DNA of 64,000 nt, from positions 2,572 through 66,571 of the forward strand of contig CAYGBE010000214.1 of NCBI GenBank assembly GCA_964348065.1, written 5' to 3'. The DNA is from an uncultured archaeon. GTDB lineage: Archaea; Aenigmatarchaeota; Aenigmatarchaeia; Aenigmatarchaeales; Aenigmatarchaeaceae. Below the pieces are notes generated by a model, which saw only the letters and a list, made by a program, of their open reading frames with translations, made no database searches and had not been told where the DNA came from. Positions 62,829 to 64,000 of this stretch are shown piece by piece (the first letter of the stretch is position 1; every line of letters starts with the position of its first letter). A program made the position numbers and the translations under genes.

Positions 62829-64000
62829 ATGGACCTACTAATAGATACTATAAACAGCATATTCATAATCGTGGGAATATATTTCACGGTCCTATTTCTT
62901 TTACTCTTTATTACCTACAAGAAAAAAATGTTTAAACAACCCAAATCAAAGAAATTTCCCAGTGTTAGTATTGTAATTCCTGCTTTTAATGAAGAAAAGT
63001 CTATAGAAAGAACTGTTAGAAATGTTAAAAAATTGGTTTATCCTGGAAAAAAGGAAATAATTGTAGTTGATGATGGTTCCGCAGATAGAACTTTTGAAAT
63101 AGCTAAAAGAATTAGAGGAATTAAAGTCTTTAGAAAAAAGAATGGGGGAAGAGCCAATGCATTAAATTTTGGATTAAAACGTGCTAAAGGAGAGATATTT
63201 GTTCGTGTTGATGCTGATTCTTATCCTGAAAAAAATGCTCTAATGAAAACAATTCCTTTTTTTGATAAAAATGTTGCTGCGGTTACAACTTCTGTTTTCA
63301 TAAAAAATCCGAAAAGTCTTTTAGAAAAACTACAAGAGTTAGAATATATGATGATAGCATGGTCAAGAAAAATTTTAGAATATTTGGATGCAATCTATGT
63401 AACTCCAGGCCCAATGAGTCTTTATAAAAGAAAGGTTTTGCTAAAATTAGGAGGTTTTGATGAAAAGAATCTTACAGAAGATATAGAAATAACCTGGAGA
63501 TTAATGAAATATAAATATCAAGTAAAAATGGCTTTAGGCACTAAAGTTTATACTAATGTTCCAAACACATTAAATAAATGGTGGGATCAAAGAATAAGAT
63601 GGAATATAGGAAGTTTGCAAACAACATTAAAGTATTTTCATCTTTTTCTAAACAAAGAATTTAAGAACATAGGTATGTTTTTATTACCAATGTCTTCCGT
63701 TTCTTATATTTTAACATTTATAGGTCTTATATTCATTTTTTATATTTCATATAGATGGATACATTACTTTATAGGCTCCTATATTTTTGGTTTTAATCCC
63801 TTTGTTTTTTCATTTACAATAATACCTGATATGTTTCTTTTCTTGGTTTTATTTACAGCTCTACTAACAGTAGTGTATATAAAAATAAATTTTGGGACCA
63901 TGAAAAAGGTTGAAGAATTTCCAAAAAAAGCTACACATTTAATGGTTTACGCTTTTATTTATGTTCTTATATTTCCTATCAATCTTTTGCATAGTATTTT
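62829..64000 (+). CDS. family 2 glycosyltransferase with C-terminal TM region (processive synthase type), 3' end outside the window
   Basis: Own translation from the ATG at 62829: MDLLIDTINS...SVSIVIPAFNEE...VVDDGSADRT...VDADS...TEDIEITWRL...QRIRWNIG, with DxD and QxxRW motifs. It stays open to the right edge and is absent from the track because it has no stop. Confidence 0.75.
   Translation, partial: MDLLIDTINSIFIIVGIYFTVLFLLLFITYKKKMFKQPKSKKFPSVSIVIPAFNEEKSIERTVRNVKKLVYPGKKEIIVVDDGSADRTFEIAKRIRGIKVFRKKNGGRANALNFGLKRAKGEIFVRVDADSYPEKNALMKTIPFFDKNVAAVTTSVFIKNPKSLLEKLQELEYMMIAWSRKILEYLDAIYVTPGPMSLYKRKVLLKLGGFDEKNLTEDIEITWRLMKYKYQVKMALGTKVYTNVPNTLNKWWDQRIRWNIGSLQTTLKYFHLFLNKEFKNIGMFLLPMSSVSYILTFIGLIFIFYISYRWIHYFIGSYIFGFNPFVFSFTIIPDMFLFLVLFTALLTVVYIKINFGTMKKVEEFPKKATHLMVYAFIYVLIFPINLLHSI

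Noticed and set aside
1-64000. Looked for CRISPR arrays, transposases, integrases, toxin-antitoxin pairs and known defence-system signatures
   Set aside because: No regularly spaced direct repeats were found. No DDE, serine or tyrosine recombinase motifs were recognised in any translation. The only mobile-element-like signals are the short tRNA-derived repeats described in the findings.

Overview
This is a low-GC (about 30 percent by eye, not computed), gene-dense archaeal chromosome segment. Many genes overlap by 1-4 nt, and ribosome-binding sites are of the GGTG/GGAGG type. The content suggests a DPANN-type archaeon, but that assignment is inference. It rests on a form III RuBisCO/AMP-salvage operon, an unlinked 23S rRNA gene, many small or membrane-anchored proteins, a type IV pilus locus and pilin-signal lectins.

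Blocks, in order:
- 0-3.7 kb: TrmB-type regulator, DUF523/TudS-like gene, argS.
- 3.8-13.0 kb: ten-gene type IV pilus locus.
- 13.0-14.6 kb: a second DUF523 paralog heading an operon of five tiny proteins.
- 14.6-17.3 kb: membrane proteins, Sec61-beta, CYTH.
- 17.35-20.83 kb: RNase P RNA and a stand-alone 23S rRNA gene carrying a roughly 178-nt intron.
- 21.3-31.3 kb: apgM, a pilin-signal LamG protein, and the AMP phosphorylase / RuBisCO / ribose-1,5-bisphosphate isomerase operon.
- 31.3-38.4 kb: pcm, a DNA methyltransferase, FEN1, two radical-SAM enzymes.
- 39-56 kb: EF-1beta, an ADP-dependent sugar kinase, a glycogen island, the fbp-tpiA-cupin operon, a long dCTP-deaminase-like gene, a GAPN-like ALDH, PGM/PMM, a GalT-like gene, tRNA-Arg(GCG).
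- 57-64 kb: CarS, PHP, DedA, PadR, inositol-phosphate synthase, a CDP-alcohol phosphatidyltransferase, Pth2, GT2.

No CRISPR array, transposase or integrase was seen.

The most noteworthy observations are:
- the rRNA intron;
- the small-protein operon;
- a family of orphan tRNA-3'-half-like elements bounded by direct repeats, one pair bracketing the dCTP-deaminase-like gene;
- an 81-bp near-identical inverted repeat inside two diverged paralogs that brackets the pilus segment;
- pilin-signal LamG proteins.

All family calls come from reading motifs in the translations. No database search was run.
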